DNA from: Lytechinus pictus
Taxonomy: Eukaryota
DNA length: 64,000 nt
Direction of reading: 5' to 3'
Assembly: GCF_037042905.1 (NCBI RefSeq)
Contig: NC_087245.1
Location: 42,162,001-42,226,000 of the forward strand
The position numbers and the translations under genes were made by a program. Shown piece after piece: positions 14,262-28,432 of the stretch (the stretch's first letter is position 1; the number at the start of each line of letters is the position of its first letter). Below the pieces are notes generated by a model. The model saw nothing but the letters and a program-made list of their open reading frames with translations. It did no database searches and was not told where the DNA came from.

Positions 14262-15333
14262 TAAAATTTATGTAGCGCTTCATAATTTGTTTCTAAGCGC
14301 TTTTACATTGTAGTTATTACTCCCCCACTCATCAGATCCTGAAATGCCCATACACAATGTATACATCTTTTCCATTCCCCATTTAGCATTCCAGCAAGAG
14401 TTTCAAGACTCCATTGCTAGGCATTTGAGTCTTTGGTAGTTTAATACCTGGGTGGAGAGTGGCATGGACTGACATCTTGCCAGAGGACATCTTGATGACT
14501 TACTGTATGCATGGATCAACCTGTTGCACAAGGCAGCAGGTTAATAATAAATAATAGAAGATGATAGTATCGTAGTAGAAAACAACTGTCTGCAGTATGA
14601 GTGGCTTGTTGCTTCTTTCTTACATGTACCACAGCGGTTGATCAGAAATAGTTTTGATGACATAGGTTTCAGTTTTCCAAAAATTGAAAAGTGCGAACGC
14701 GGTTTATGAGTCATAGCCGGCCGGCAGGTTGACGACCGGTCAGTGCGTAATGGAAGAAATAGCTCTAATTTATCGCACTGACCCGTGAATTCAAGATGCA
14801 CCAGTGATCATTGGGATGCAATGCGGCAATTGATGCATGAACCTGAGTGAAAGAAAGGAGGTTCGACGTTCCGAGAGAGGTTCTTCAACGCTCAGATGGA
14901 GGGGGCCCTTCGTTGTTGATCAGGGTTAGCAAAGGGGCCCATTCTCAATGGCAAAGGGAGGGGAAGTTTAACTTAAAAGGTACAGAGAACCTAAAGTGCA
15001 CATCATACACTTAGCTTCCGCTGGTAACAAGCAAGTCATGTACATGTACTGTAGGCTTGCAGGCCTTACACATGAACATGTCTGTATGTTTTTTTTTTTT
15101 TTTTTACAAAACTTTGCTTCTGCAGTGAGCGTCAGGAATTAGACACTGACATATTTTTTTTTTCTACCCTCAATACGGTCAAATGGTTGTCAAAATAGGA
15201 AAACGTTTAGGCCTGATGGTATGCTTGTTTGAATGGCATTTAACGTTTTGACTCGGCCCTACAACATACATGTAGTGCATACTGTATGGAAATTAAGTAA
15301 TGCTGAGTTATGAGGTAATCTCTGGATATTAAG

Positions 15334-15617
15334 AAATAAATAATATAGGATTTGTATAGCGAATGTATCCACCTTGTTAGGCACTCGTACATGTATATTA
15401 CCCTGGCTAATCTAGTCTACCGAAACCGGTGCCCACAGCTTTTTGAGGAATTAATTCCTGCCGGTACCCATTTACAATGTACATGTACCTTACCTGGGTT
15501 GAGTGTAGCACAATGTGGATAAGTTTCCTGCTGAAGGAAAACATGCCATGGCTGGGAATCGAACCCATGTCCCTCAGATTGAAAGACGAGAGTCCTTACC
15601 ACAAGACCACAACACCC
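15334..15617 (-). mobile_element. tRNA-derived SINE
   Basis: On the - strand: box A-like GTGGTCTTGTGGTAAG, box B GGTTCGATTCCC, central ACCCAGG...TAAATGGGTACC (MetaSINE-like) domain and a CGCTATACAAATCCTATATTATT tail. Degenerate relatives lie at ~4290-4405, ~14270-14490 and ~28645-28755. Confidence 0.82.
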
Positions 15618-16911
15618 TTCATATTTTACATTGCTAAAACTCACTGAATAATTGGCAATAAAAATTCTTTCCAAACTGTATGCTATAGGAAGGTGGAATG
15701 AGTTTATTTTGATCTTATCTCCTACTTCCATGCATTCACCGGCAAGCAAAGAGGAAGATGTTTAGAGCGATGGGTGGGATAGAATAAACAGTATATAGAG
15801 TGAAAGGTCGAGAGGAAGAGTTACAGACAAAAAAAAGGAGGCACATACCTTGTCAGCGGAAGTCAGACAAAAACAATGGTGCCTTGCGGAAATCACAGAA
15901 AAGCCGAGAATGAGATACTGTTTAACGGGCCTGTTGGTGCCATGGGATATGTGCTAAACCTCAACTCTGTTCTCATTATGTAAGATTTTATCATTGCACT
16001 GTACATGACAGGCTCCTGGTGAACCCCAAGGCGAGCTACTGGCACCTGTACTCTTTTTGAAAGTTTGTTCACCTACATTGTATGTAGTATTTTGTTTAAG
16101 AGCTGTATGAATGATAAGGAGACTGTATATTCAACAAATTAGTTTGGGGTAACATGAATTATGATAGCTGCATCATAATGCTGGGATGTCTGTGGGTGTA
16201 ATATGATTTATAATAATACACAAAGAACAGTCTTTTCATAATTTGTGCAAATTCCTGATATGCCTTTCTTGTGGTTAACTCCAGATTCTCCTGGGTTGAC
16301 TGATACACATTTTTCTTGTATTTTACATGTGGATAGGCCTTCTGTATATGTGTGAGTTTTGCTACTGTACCCTAAAAGATGCATAACCTGCAATTCCTGT
16401 GCCCTGTGAATGATCCCTCGCAATCTTCTCAACATTTCCATGTATCTTTTACTTCATTATCTATCATGAAAGCCAAATTAATGGCTTTGCGTGTATATAG
16501 GTACATTCATAGAGATCAGAGAGCAAGTTTCATATCCTTTCTAGGGAGATAATTCCTAAATAAAGATAGCCCTGGCTTGATTAGCCTAGAATGGGATAAA
16601 TTTAGACTGTATATCCTTTAGATTAATCTGCCAGTCAGTGCTCTATTGTATGACTTCAGGGCTTGCCCTAGTCTTAATAAAACGCACACATTCCAAACAA
16701 ATTTGATGTTTCCTAACAGGTGCAAAAAGGCGGATCTGAAAGTTTTTTTCATGCTGTAACAAGGAAACATGAACTTCATTGGCTAATGCTTGGCATAGCG
16801 GAGCTACATTAGGGGAAATTAGAAAGAAAGAAAAAATGAGAGTAATACGACTATGATGATGGTGATGATGATTACGGTAATGAGAACTGAGTATCATTAT
16901 TTCTTTGCTAA

Positions 16912-17499
16912 AAGGAAGTCCACCCCAACAAAAAGTTGATTCAAATAAAAAGAGAAAAGTCCAACAAGCATAACACTGGAAATTTCATCAAATTGGATGT
17001 AAAATAAGAAAGTTATGACATTTTAAAGTTTCGCATAATTTTACAAACAGTTATATGCACATCCTTAGCGGTATGCAAATGAGACTGATGATGTCATCCA
17101 CTCACTATTTGTTTTGTATTTTATTATATGAAATATTCAATATTCTAATTTTCTCCTCATTTTCTTCCTCAAGTGAAACAATGCGTAATTCCTACCTGAA
17201 CAAGTGGAATTAGCATTGTTTGATACTATATGGTTTAGTCAAGTTGGTCCCTATTGTCAAATCTGTAGAAATAAAATATTGTATAATTCAAACAATAAAA
17301 AACAAAAGAAATAGTGAGCAAGGGACATCATCTACTGTCTCATTTGCATGTCACTGAGTTATGTGACATGTGAAAAAAATGGCAAAACTTTTGAACGTCA
17401 TAATTTTATTTATTTTACAACTGATTTTGATAAAATTTTCAGCTTTATTCTAGTTTGATTTCTTTTTAAATCAACATTTTTCTGGGGTGAACTTGTCCT
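16912..17499. mobile_element. Kolobok/T2-type MITE, family A (opposite orientation to 11462)
   Basis: AGGAAGTCCACCCCAACAAAAAGTTG ... CTGGGGTGAACTTGTCCT-TTAA. Confidence 0.88.
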
Positions 17500-20021
17500 T
17501 TAAATTTACATATGAAGGATATAAAAAAGAAATACTTGTAAGAATCATTCAACAGTCCTCCCCCATCCAAAAAAAAAGGGAGAACTGGATTTTCATCATA
17601 CAAATTGTCATCATGAATAATCAATTTTTTTAACGTAGATCTACATTTGTTGATCTTGCAAAAGGTATAATTTTATGAACACAGCAAGTCTGTACAGATT
17701 TATGACTTGATTGTATATTTCTTCTCAGTCAGTACTTGGCTTTCATCCTTGGAGAACCATAGCATGGGTGAAGGGGAAACGCCCCTGTGGGTGACAAAGA
17801 AAATGGCATTTGAAGGAAAGGACACAAATATGGCCATATAGGCATATACCATGGCATTTACCATTTTCTGCTGCCTTTATCTTGAGCAAAAGACAGGTGA
17901 AGGCCCTAATAAAATGTAAATGTCATATGTTATTGTTGCAGTATTATCAGAATCAATTGAAAAATTAGAATTCAGAATTTCCTTTTTTTTTCTTATTTTC
18001 ACAAAACATTGATGCACAATTTTTTTTTTTTTTTGGGGGGGGGCTGGTGTTATCACACAATCAAGAGTATGAAATATTTCTTTTTTTACTCAATAACGGA
18101 AAACATAACCCTAACTATATTCCGAATTCCATGTAAAATCCAGTTACTGTATGCATCCAATATGCCCCATAGTCATACCAGGTACAAAGGGCACCCAATT
18201 CCCATGTAAAATGCTATTGTTTTCCAGAGAATGGTATGGTGAATTTGTTTACCCTATCAATAAGCAGAAGGGATGTCTAGTATAGTCAGTGTCTGTAGGA
18301 TTAGTTTACCCATTGATGAGTTGTGAAATGCTCAACTAGTAGACAAGAAATGTAGAAAAATGCCCTTTTTGATACTACTCTATTTTCCATGTACATGTAG
18401 GCCTATACCATAGCCTATGATTCTAATGATATTCGATATTGATGAATCATTGTGATCTTTATAGAGTATCTCAGTTTGAAGACAACAAGGATCATCAACG
18501 CCCTTGTGGCACCAAACAAATAATCAAATTGTCAGTGTGGCTTTGGTGCCAGTTCCACTTGCATTTTACATGCACAATATTGTGACAGCGGACAGCCAGT
18601 TGAGCAAACCTATTCCGATGTGTTCACACTTGAAAATCATGATACTTGGTGTTCTTGCAGCAAAACGTTACACATGGGCTAGTGGCTCGGGGCGATTTAG
18701 CCCCTAAAATGTTCAAAAGAGCCCTGGAAACATTAAAAGGGAGCTCTGGAAATCCACATTCATAGCAAAGTTTAAAGCTTATGTAATGTTGCGTTTTTAG
18801 GCAGCAAGTTGTGAAAGAAGCCCCCCCCCAAAAAAAAAAAAAAAAAATAAATAAATAAATGAAATAGAATAAAATGAAATAAAAAATAAATGAATAAGAA
18901 ATAAAAAATGAATGAATGTTTTTTTGCCTGAGTTTTTGGTAACCATTAATTCGGCAAAATTATACCTTCATTCATGTAATTATTAATGTTTGTCTCTTCG
19001 TTAAGGCTTATGGAAATAAAAATATTTTATTAGAAAATTATCAGAGGCACTTCTTCTTGTGCAAGTCTTGTGTAATTTATTACCAGTCATTTATACTTTT
19101 TTTAACTCCAATTCATTCATTACAGACCTGTTTGTGGAATATATGAATAGTATTTGAATTGGTTCTTTGAACTTTTTGCACACATTATTGGAACAACACT
19201 ACCTTTAAAGGTCAAAGGTCATGTGTGTATATCATCAGACAGGTATGTGGAAGAGAACCCATAAATCTGAAACTCCCAGCTGAAAAGAAAAGTCTAAAAA
19301 GTTTGGAATTTTATTTGCTTTGATCAGTATCAATGGAGCAGTGGGTGATCTGTCTGCACTGAAGAGTGGAAGGGCACCAATGGGTGTGTTCACTCCAGGC
19401 TTTAGTTGCACTCGGAGGAGAAAAATAATGCACGGACAGTCTCGCACTATTTCTGAAGTCATGAACGCAAATTTTTATTGCTGATCGAGATTATTCTGAT
19501 CTGCATTGTATTTGGGGGTCTTGGCAGAGGTAGAGGCTTCTAGGCCTACAATGTAAATCAATGAAATTATGAATTAGAGATGGAATTGCCCTCGCCTGAT
19601 TGATTTTATTTGTAGTTTGTTTTTCTCAGCTCTAGATATTTGATGTATGAAGAATATTTGTCTTGGCACCTTATTTGTGTCAACACGTGCAATGTGATTG
19701 GTGTCAGCAAATATTGTGGTTACAAAGCAATTTTAATTTCAACAAGTGCATTTTGTTTTCTGTGCCATCCATATTATGTAGTATATAGCACACATTTGAA
19801 ACAAAATGTTAAGGGCCGATTGAATTGATGAAATTCTAGTCAGAAAATCAATATAGTTGTCTTCACCACTATAACAAGATTGAAAGAGCAGTTATATGCA
19901 ATGTTAACAAACTGTTCATTTGTGGCTTTTAATAATAAGTTAAGCAAGAGTTTAATGATAATAGACCACGGCATGCTATATAGAATACAATCAGTGTATC
20001 TAGCAATTATGAGAGACAATA

Positions 20022-20494
20022 GGTGGTTTCAAACCGCCTCGATCACAAGATTCCCCGTTAAATTACGAGAACTTTTTTAGGCTGAAAAATACCCATTAAT
20101 TATTCCTGCATTCACACCGCCCTGAAACATACCCTTCGGGATAAGTTCCTGAAGTTACGAGCATGCGCAGTATGGTCTGATAAGCAGGCAAGGCGCGAGA
20201 TTCAAAATCACTAGCCCAGCAGCCACCCACGGCGCCGCACCCAACGACACGCTGGGCTAAAAGTTCCCGTAATTTGCTTTCACATCGCCAAAATACCTGC
20301 GACCTTGAAAAAATCCCCGCGAAAGTTCTCCTAATTTCGCCAAGTACCTACTATTTAGCGGGTATTTTCTTTTGGGGAAATTACGCGTAGTTTGCTTTCA
20401 CATTACCAAAATACCTGGTATTTTCTGATCGGGGTAAATTTCCCGATCAGAGAATACCTGGAACTGACGAACTTCGAGGCGGTCTGAAACCACC
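20022..20494. mobile_element. MITE with GG...CC termini, probable TA target (family G), copy 1
   Basis: TIR GGTGGTTTCAAACCGCCTCGA / TCGAGGCGGTCTGAAACCACC; left flank TA; internal palindrome TTCTGATCGGGGTAAATTTCCCGATCAGA. Confidence 0.88.
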
Positions 20495-20672
20495 TTTAGG
20501 CCATCCATAGAAATGTAGGCCTATTGTTTGCTTGTTGTCATGATAAAAAGACTTCAAGACCTGGCCAAAGGGATGACACTTGCAGGATCAATTTGTCTTA
20601 TTCATTAGCAAATTAACAATTCCAAATCCAATCCTACATTACGTGTACAGTATAAGCTTCAAGAACTGTTAA

Positions 20673-21253
20673 AGAATGAAACCCTTGAAACCAGCTGAAT
20701 CCATATCAAAGAGAAAAATCAAAGAAACATATTGTTGAAAGTTTGAGGAAGATTGAATGAATAATAAGAAAGTTATGAGCATTTGAATATTGAGATCACT
20801 AATGCCATGTAGATCCTCCCATTGGCAATGCGACCAAGATCTGAGATGTCACACACGTACAACTCCCTCATTATTTTAGTACTTATTTCACTTATATTCT
20901 CACTAATATAGAGTCTATCACAAGATGAGGTGTTCTCTTTATGAGAGGACAAGTACAGAGGTTTCACAACATTATATCATTGATGAATCGTTTGTCATAT
21001 GATTAGAATGAGCAAAAAGAGATGTTTTGGGGTATATTTTCAGTGTCCAAAAGGGGAGAGTTGTTCATCTGTGACATCATAGATCTTGGTCGCATTGCCA
21101 ATGGGAGGATCTCCATAGCATTAGTGATCTCGACATTCAGATGCTCATAACTCTTCTATTGCTAGTCCTATTTTACTCAAACTTTTGTTGATCTTTTTCT
21201 TTGATTTTTCTTCCTTTACAAAAGCTAACTTGCTCCAAGAGTTTCATTTTCCT
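20673..21253. mobile_element. Kolobok/T2-type MITE, family C
   Basis: TTAA flanks at 20669-20672 and 21254-21257. Long TIRs include GATCCTCCCATTGGCAATGCGACCAAGATCT and its inverse AGATCTTGGTCGCATTGCCAATGGGAGGATC. Confidence 0.85.
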
Positions 21254-21283
21254 TTAAACCCAGTGGTAGTATACTTTTATTTC

Positions 21284-21413
21284 AGGGGCCGCAGAACGGT
21301 TTTCAAAGTGAGGGGGCTGAGCCAAACGTGGGGGGGCTGACCATGCAAAAAATCACAATCATATGGTCATTTTAATGTTTTTGTACCCCCCCCCCCCCCG
21401 CTTCCGCAGCCCT
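21284..21413. mobile_element. Short hAT-like MITE
   Basis: AGGGGCCGCAGAA / TTCCGCAGCCCT; flanks TTTATTTC / TGTATTTC (7 of 8 match). Confidence 0.6.
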
Positions 21414-22340
21414 TGTATTTCACGTATGTATTATCATCTCGGGTATTGACCTCTTTTTATGCAAGATGCGAAGGATGAATAATAGATCCTGATAAAATTT
21501 TGTCATTCCAATCTGAAGTTTTTTATAGGCCTACTAGCCTATTTTTTCAATATGGGGGCGCGTTAGGGCTTTGAACACAACTGTCACTTCATTGATAACA
21601 TGAAATTCCGAGAACACTTTCTCTCATTACATAATTTATATTGCAGCTTCCAACATTAACCAAATTTAAGACTTGTATGTATATACCTGCCTCAGTATGT
21701 TCACTATAAAGTGGGATTTTCACCATGGATTTCAGCAGTGCCTGGCCCTAGGCCTTGGTGGGGTTCTTGTCGGCCTTCACTTTGTTGAGGTAGAAATCCT
21801 CTGGATCATATTTTCTTGGTAATGCCATACAGCTAGTTACATAATCGGTCATTACCTACATATGTTTTTATATTCCCAATGTTTTTATACTCCCAACCTA
21901 TCTGTGATCAGATGTGCAGTGGAAGTGAACCATGATGCAACTGATTTAATGCCCCCAAAATAAAATAAGAATAAAAAAGAAATAATCACCTATGTTCACT
22001 GGCCCATGGACCTGGAAATCAAGGTCTGTCTGAATTGTTATTAAGTAGTTCTTCAAGGTATCATATGATATTAAAGTAAAATTTCCTTTCTCTTTTTTTC
22101 TTTTTAATTTTGAGTACATGAAATCCTCAAGGTTGGACTGCATAAATCATTTCCAGAACAGGAAAACATTGTCAGGAAACTCAGGGGTTTGCCCTCTGAC
22201 CATATGGGCGAGATAAAGCGAAAACCAGACCTTGATTTTATTACAACTTTTATGTATTCAGTTACATTATGAGTTTTTTCTTTATCCTTGAAACATGGTT
22301 TACCCATAGATGTTGCATTCTGGCAATTTTGTTATTCAGT

Positions 22341-22813
22341 AGTGGTTTCAAACCGCCATGATCACAAGAATCCCCGTTAAATTTACGAGAATTTTTTTTC
22401 GGCAAGTAAATACCCATTAATTATTCCCACAATTAACACCACCCCGAAACATATCCTTCGGAATAAGTTCCTGAAGTTACGAGCATGCGCAGTATGGTCT
22501 GATAAGCAAGCAAGGCACGAGATTCAAAATCGCTAGCTCAGCAGCCACCTACAGCGCCCATGCCCTCCTATTCGCTGTGCTAAAAGTTCCTGTAATTTGC
22601 TTTCACATTGCCAAAATACCTGCGACCTTGGAAAAATCTCCGTGAAAGTTCTCGTAATTTTGACAAGTACCTACTATTTGGCGGGTATTTTCTTTCGGGG
22701 AGATAACGCGTAATTTGCTGTCACATTTCCAAAATTACCTGGTATTTTCTGATCGGGGTAAATTTCCCGATCAGAAAATACCTGGAACTGACGAACTTCG
22801 GTTTGAAACTACC
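22341..22813. mobile_element. MITE family G, copy 2 (same orientation as 20022)
   Basis: Collinear with 20022-20494 throughout; right end GAAACTACC followed by TA. Confidence 0.88.
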
Positions 22814-24404
22814 TAGTGTAAGAAATATGAAATGTAAACATTAAACAATGGAAAAGGTGCAATTTGAAAGGTGATGTTCCTACAAAGCCAATATGTTATG
22901 ATTTTCCCAAATCCTTTGACACACAAAAAAATAAGCGTAACACGTTCATGGTGATTGCCAACACTGTTAGAGCCCCAGAAAACCTAATAAGAGCCGCTGC
23001 AATTCCTATAGGGTCTAAACTAAAGTATACCGAATTTGGGCTGGTGAGCTATAAATTTAGAAGTCCCAGAAAATGTAAATTTCACCCCTACATTGTTTTA
23101 TAAAGCACATTCATATTAATGCACTTTCTGTGAGAAATGTGTAATCATGCCATTACTTTGGCGTTATTAAATCTTTTCCAACTATGCACCAGGTACAGGA
23201 CAATGTTGGCTAAAGTTTTAAAGTAAAAAAGGAGCAGCCTTGATAGATGAGATCATAAATTTGGCCACTGCATTTTGAAAAATAATTTGTATTTCACATT
23301 GAGTCATCTAGATATGGGCATTTCTCCAACTGCTATAACCATGGACCTACCTACATGTATGTTAATAAACTCTAATATGAAAATAAGAATAAATATTGAT
23401 AAAAAAATAACTAAATGATAAATGGATTTATGAATAAATTACTGGATACATATGTACTTGAAATATTAACAAAAACAGACAAGACAAGATATTGGGAAGA
23501 AAAGATGGAAAGGGAAGAAATATAAACTCAGCTCTGGTTGAAATTTTTGCTAAATATCCTTTAAAAATAAATACAGTTCAGTGGAGTTATCATCCTTATT
23601 CAAACAGTTTACTTCAAAAAGCTGAAAGGCAGCCATCTCAACATTCATTCTTTAAATCTAAATGAAAATGGTTATTAAAGGGTCTGAATATCAGATGACT
23701 TTACATGTACTTTTCCTTTATGTAGATATGTGTGAGGGTATATATGGGGAGTGGCGGGGTGGGGTGGGGGGTTCGTCGTGGGGGAGTCCTTTGCTTGGCA
23801 AAGTGAATGTCAACAAATTATGTATCTACTCCCCCTGCCAGCTGGCAGAGAGAGAGGGAGAGAGGATGCTGGCTGAACCGAGCAAGGGGATGTCTAAAAA
23901 TGAAAGCGAGCGTTATCGGGAGTACCAGCGAGGACTTCGTCATTGGATGGTGTTGTGGTTTAGAGATTTTGCTCTGAGGGGGTTTCCATAATTGTCATTT
24001 GGCTCGGGTCGATGGACCAGGCTCTGCCCGACCTTCTATCTTTCGTGTTTCCTCCCCCGCTGTAGCTCCGAGGGCAACCTCAAGTTTATAAGAAGAGTAA
24101 ACCTGAGATTCGGGGATAGATATGTTGGCTACATGTCATGACACTGCTCCACCCAAGATCTTTCAGAATCTCTTTCTTTTATCCCTCATTCTGTTTTATT
24201 TTATTCTTCTACTTTTCCTTTTGCCTTTTTATATCCTATTTTCTCAGTAAGTTTTGTGCCACACTCCCTAACTGTTGTGTTGCCCTTTTTCCAAGTCCTG
24301 TAAATTTATCTCCATGTAAGCCTATACTATATTGTCATGATGATGCAGTGACAGTGATGATAACAGTTAACTCAAGGGGATGTAACTGAACATGAGGACC
24401 AGCT

Positions 24405-24588
24405 CAGGGGACCGTTTCATGACAGTTGTCAGTACTGAAAAGTTGTCTTTCTTCTACTGCGAGTACAGGTACCAAATGTGTAACAGTCAGAGGCCTGATC
24501 TTCTGAGCCAATAAAAAACAAAGATTTCACTGAAATGAGCAGAGCTGACAATTTAGTCAGTGCGGACAACTTTCATGAAATGCCCTCA
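24405..24588. mobile_element. ~180-bp hairpin MITE
   Basis: GGGGACCGTTTCATGACAGTTGTC / GACAACTTTCATGAAATGCCC. Confidence 0.65.
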
Positions 24589-25943
24589 TGCGCTCCTGAA
24601 GTTCTTCATGAAGTAATGAAGTATGAGCATGTAGCCTGCCTACTCGAGAAACTCCCAAATCCTGAAATGACTGGCCTGACCATTTTACCCAACTTTTATA
24701 GTGCTAAAATATAAACTTGTTTCAAAACACATCATTGTTTACCAACATGTCTGTAAACTTGCTTCAGAGTTGATCAAACTTTTTTTATTTTTTTTTATTC
24801 AGTGAATCACTTTGACTAAAACCTTATCAAAACAGACATGATTCAGTCTCACACATCTTTCTAAATCCATTAACCAGTTCTGTCACTTCTACCGTGCAAT
24901 CTGACAGCTCGGCAAGTCCTAATTTGGGCTTACGAAACTGAAAGATGAAACTCTGCTCCTGAGTTCATCTTCTTCAGTTCTAGATCACAGTGACAAAGCA
25001 ATATTTAGTGATATCAATACTTTACCTTTTCCTCTTCTCTGTATTTCATTGAATGGAGTATTTCAAGCAGACACCGTTGTCGGCATTGAATCTAGCCATG
25101 GGCTCAAGTACAGAATCAATCCCCTCGCGTGACCTTAGGACCTCAGTAGAGTTCAAATCAGTGTCAAAGTGGTGTTTAGAATCCAGCCTCTTAACTCTCT
25201 CACACTACGTACTATAAATAAATGGTGACGAGTCATGACGATAAAGCAGAAAATAGAAGAATAAAAAAAGCTTTGGTGCAGTCACCAGATATTCTGAATT
25301 TTACTGAAGATATATATTTTGTTTCTTGTGAAGACGTGTTGTATTTAAAAAAAAGTAGGCCCTATAGGCATAGCCCTATTCCTTTTTTAATCACACTTTC
25401 AGGAAAAATCTATATGATAGCAAGGTACATGTTTGAAAAGTGGACACATTATGTTTCTAAATTTGGGATGGGGTAGGGGTTGGGTATAATTAGGGACAGT
25501 GATTTTCCGTTTTACCGGTAAATAAAATGGAAATTCCATTTGGTTCTTATACTTTTCATGTAAAAACTCATGGAATTCACCTTCAATGACAAAACGGAAT
25601 TTCCATTTGTAGATCAAGTTAAAACGGAATACAGATTTTCAGAAACGGAAAAGACCATTTTTGGAAACGGAAAATCACTGTCTCTAGGTATTCAATGCAC
25701 ATTCTGAAAGGACACTTGAACTTTTGCATGTACAATGTACATGTAGGCTAAACCTTCTGCAATGTAGATTTCTCTATATAGGACTGCCTTCATAATATTT
25801 ATTGCACCAAGATCCATGTTCTATTTTGTCCATACAAAGTCATGCTGAGTTTGTTTTGTTGGAATGCCATCAATATGGTGGCATCATAACATGAAGGTCA
25901 TACAAAAAATGTTTGGCTGCAAAAGGGGTGTATATGTACCTGA

Positions 25944-26620
25944 TACCCCTTTCATAGTGCCCTCTTCATTTTTCACCGGCGAACTTCGCCGGCGAACTTC
26001 TCCGCCTCGCATTCCTCACTTCCCCGGCGAAGAAAAAAATGTACCCTTTCGCACTGACATTTCTTCCCCGGCGAAAGTCAACGGGCGATTGCAGAACAAA
26101 CGAAAGAAAATTGTAAACATTACTTCTTACCTATTACAAAAAGGTATCAAAAAAATTAATTACAACACATTTTGGAAGTATTACGATAAAAACAAACAAT
26201 ATCACCTTGTTTTTATATCTTAGCGCATTTTATACATGTTAAAAGTGCTTTTTAATAAATATTGTTAGTAAAAAAAAAATGTTCGAGGGTATCTACTTGG
26301 CCATAGCATTCAGCTGAGCTTGCAACTATCGCGCGCGGAATCTCGGTGCAGGAGACTTTGGGAGAGAAAAAAATTGACCTCTGACGTCATTAAAGAGGAG
26401 AAGTTCTCCGGTTTGCTTTCATACTGGCCTTTTCACCGGCGAACTTCACCGGTGAAACAGTTTCGCCGGCGAAGTTCTCCACCTCTAGAGGTGGAGAAGT
26501 TCACCGGCGAACTTCACCGGTGAAGTTCTCCTGTGTACCTTTCATACTGGACACTTTCCCCTTCGCTGGCGAACTTCGCCGGTGAAGTTCGCCGGTGAAA
26601 GGCGCAATATGAAAGGGGTA
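25944..26620. mobile_element. Harbinger-like MITE with GC-rich palindromic subrepeats
   Basis: TIR TACCCCTTTCATA / TATGAAAGGGGTA; perfect 3-bp TSD TGA; multiple TTCACCGGCGAACTTCGCCGG units. Confidence 0.88.
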
Positions 26621-27810
26621 TGAGAGTGAGTATGGTACTGTACCATGTGTTCCCAAATTGGCTATTTCAAGAGTTTGAGGGGCTAATGCCCCCCCCCCCT
26701 TGACCCCTCCCCATTTATTATTTATTTTGCTGGGCAATATAAAGCATCATTGCAAGAGTCAATGTGTATCAAAATTGCGACACTTTATGGAGTTCCATGC
26801 TTGTTTTTCTCATTTCTCAGCAATTACACTTTTTTCCAGAGCCAGTTGGCACATATTTTTTTAAAATTTGATTACAGACAAACACTTAGGTCGTTATTTT
26901 ATCGGATTTCGTTCAAACTCATTTTGAGATCGTTACCACAACTGGTATTGTCTTTAAATTCAAAGGTGTACCCTTTCAATCGCCACCCTACTCTCACTTC
27001 CTTCCTTCCTGCTCAAAAACTTTGTTTTGTTTTATCTAACGGCTGTAATTTAGTCATGTTTGATTGATGCACATGTATATATCAGTAGTACTGCCTGAGG
27101 TTTATGTCATTCCCCCCCCCCCCCCCGCTTCTTTTCCCTTCTTTTTCCCACCGAGTTAATTGACTCTCAGTTCCTCTGAACAGGGATGTGCTCTGAAGTA
27201 TCAGATCTGTTATGGTGGTATGCAGAGCGACCAATGTGCATTAGATTACCCTCTTGACAAATCCAATATTAGTGGAAACTTTCACTCTTTTTCAACCACA
27301 ATAGTTACGTCAGGGAGCATTTATTTTGTATAGCGATTCAGTTCAGATTACAAGTGGTGCATATTCTCCGAAAAGCACTCTTTTAAAATTTCCACTTTCC
27401 AAGATGTCAGTCAGAGATCTGTCTTTTCTTTAAGAACAAATACAGTGGCATTTTGAGATGAGTGTTCAGGTTTTGTTTGAATGGTAACAGTTTTCATATC
27501 AGTACATGGAAAAATAGTACATCATAATGGTTAAGAGTGTTCAATGGGGCTACATTTGCCCCCTCCCCACCATAAAAAAAAAAGGATTTTGAATTTTCTT
27601 CCCATTTTGTCACATCATGGGCACTGACGAAGAGTGTGACTTTACTTTTCATGTTTTGAGAGCTGCTCTCCTTTTAAAATCTATGATTATATGCCGAAGC
27701 AAATGTTTTCTTGATATCATATACATTATGAGGTGGCCCCCGTTAGGTCTAATTTTTTTATATATTAACATTTTTCTCTTCATTTATTTCCCACTTTTCT
27801 TTCTTTACAG

Positions 27811-27867
27811 AGCAAGAGGAAATTTCCATTCTGAGACAAGATGAGACTATAGATGCACATCAACAAG
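27811..27867 (+). CDS. shn: Candidate 57-nt upstream exon of shn (coding or 5' UTR)
   Basis: Strong polypyrimidine acceptor (cttttctttctttacag) and donor AAG|gtgggt. Length is a multiple of 3. Open in phase 1 (xEQEEISILRQDETIDAHQQ), and its last G plus AT at 52688 gives Asp in frame with the giant exon. Confidence 0.55.
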
Positions 27868-27914
27868 GTGGGTGTTTTATCTTATTTTCTGTAATTGTTA
27901 ACATTGAGGAATAG

Positions 27915-28432
27915 AGGGGAGGTCCATCCCAAAATCAAGTTGACTTGAAAGAACAGATTAAAATCAAACAAGTACGACACTAGTGAATAATGTAGGTTGA
28001 ATTAGATGAAAATATATACATCGATGAAGTAAATGTTTGAAACTTACATGTATGATATTCCATTCGTCTATTCATCATTCTGCTCTGATGTGTATGAAAA
28101 AATTCATTACAATCCTCATGGATGTGTGAGATGAACATTACTAGACATTTAACATCTTCATACAAAGAAAAATCATATAAAATATAAAGCTGTCTTTCAA
28201 TAAAATTCATTTGGCATCATTTGCTCATTCAACCCGATGTGTGGCACGTTTGTGTTGCAAAGTAATAGGGATTAAACATAAATCCATGATCAGGCAGGAT
28301 TTCAGAATACCATACTGTATCATGGATATGGGTTTGCTATTTTAAAATCTGATTACATTTCAATTTGATTGTAAACCTAGTTTGATTTCACTCTGTTAAT
28401 TCATTTTTTCTTGGATTTTGAATGGACTCCTA
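27915..28432. mobile_element. Degenerate Kolobok/T2-like MITE
   Basis: AGGGGAGGTCCATCCCAAAATC ... GATTTTGAATGGACTCC; weak similarity to the other TTAA MITEs. Confidence 0.45.
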
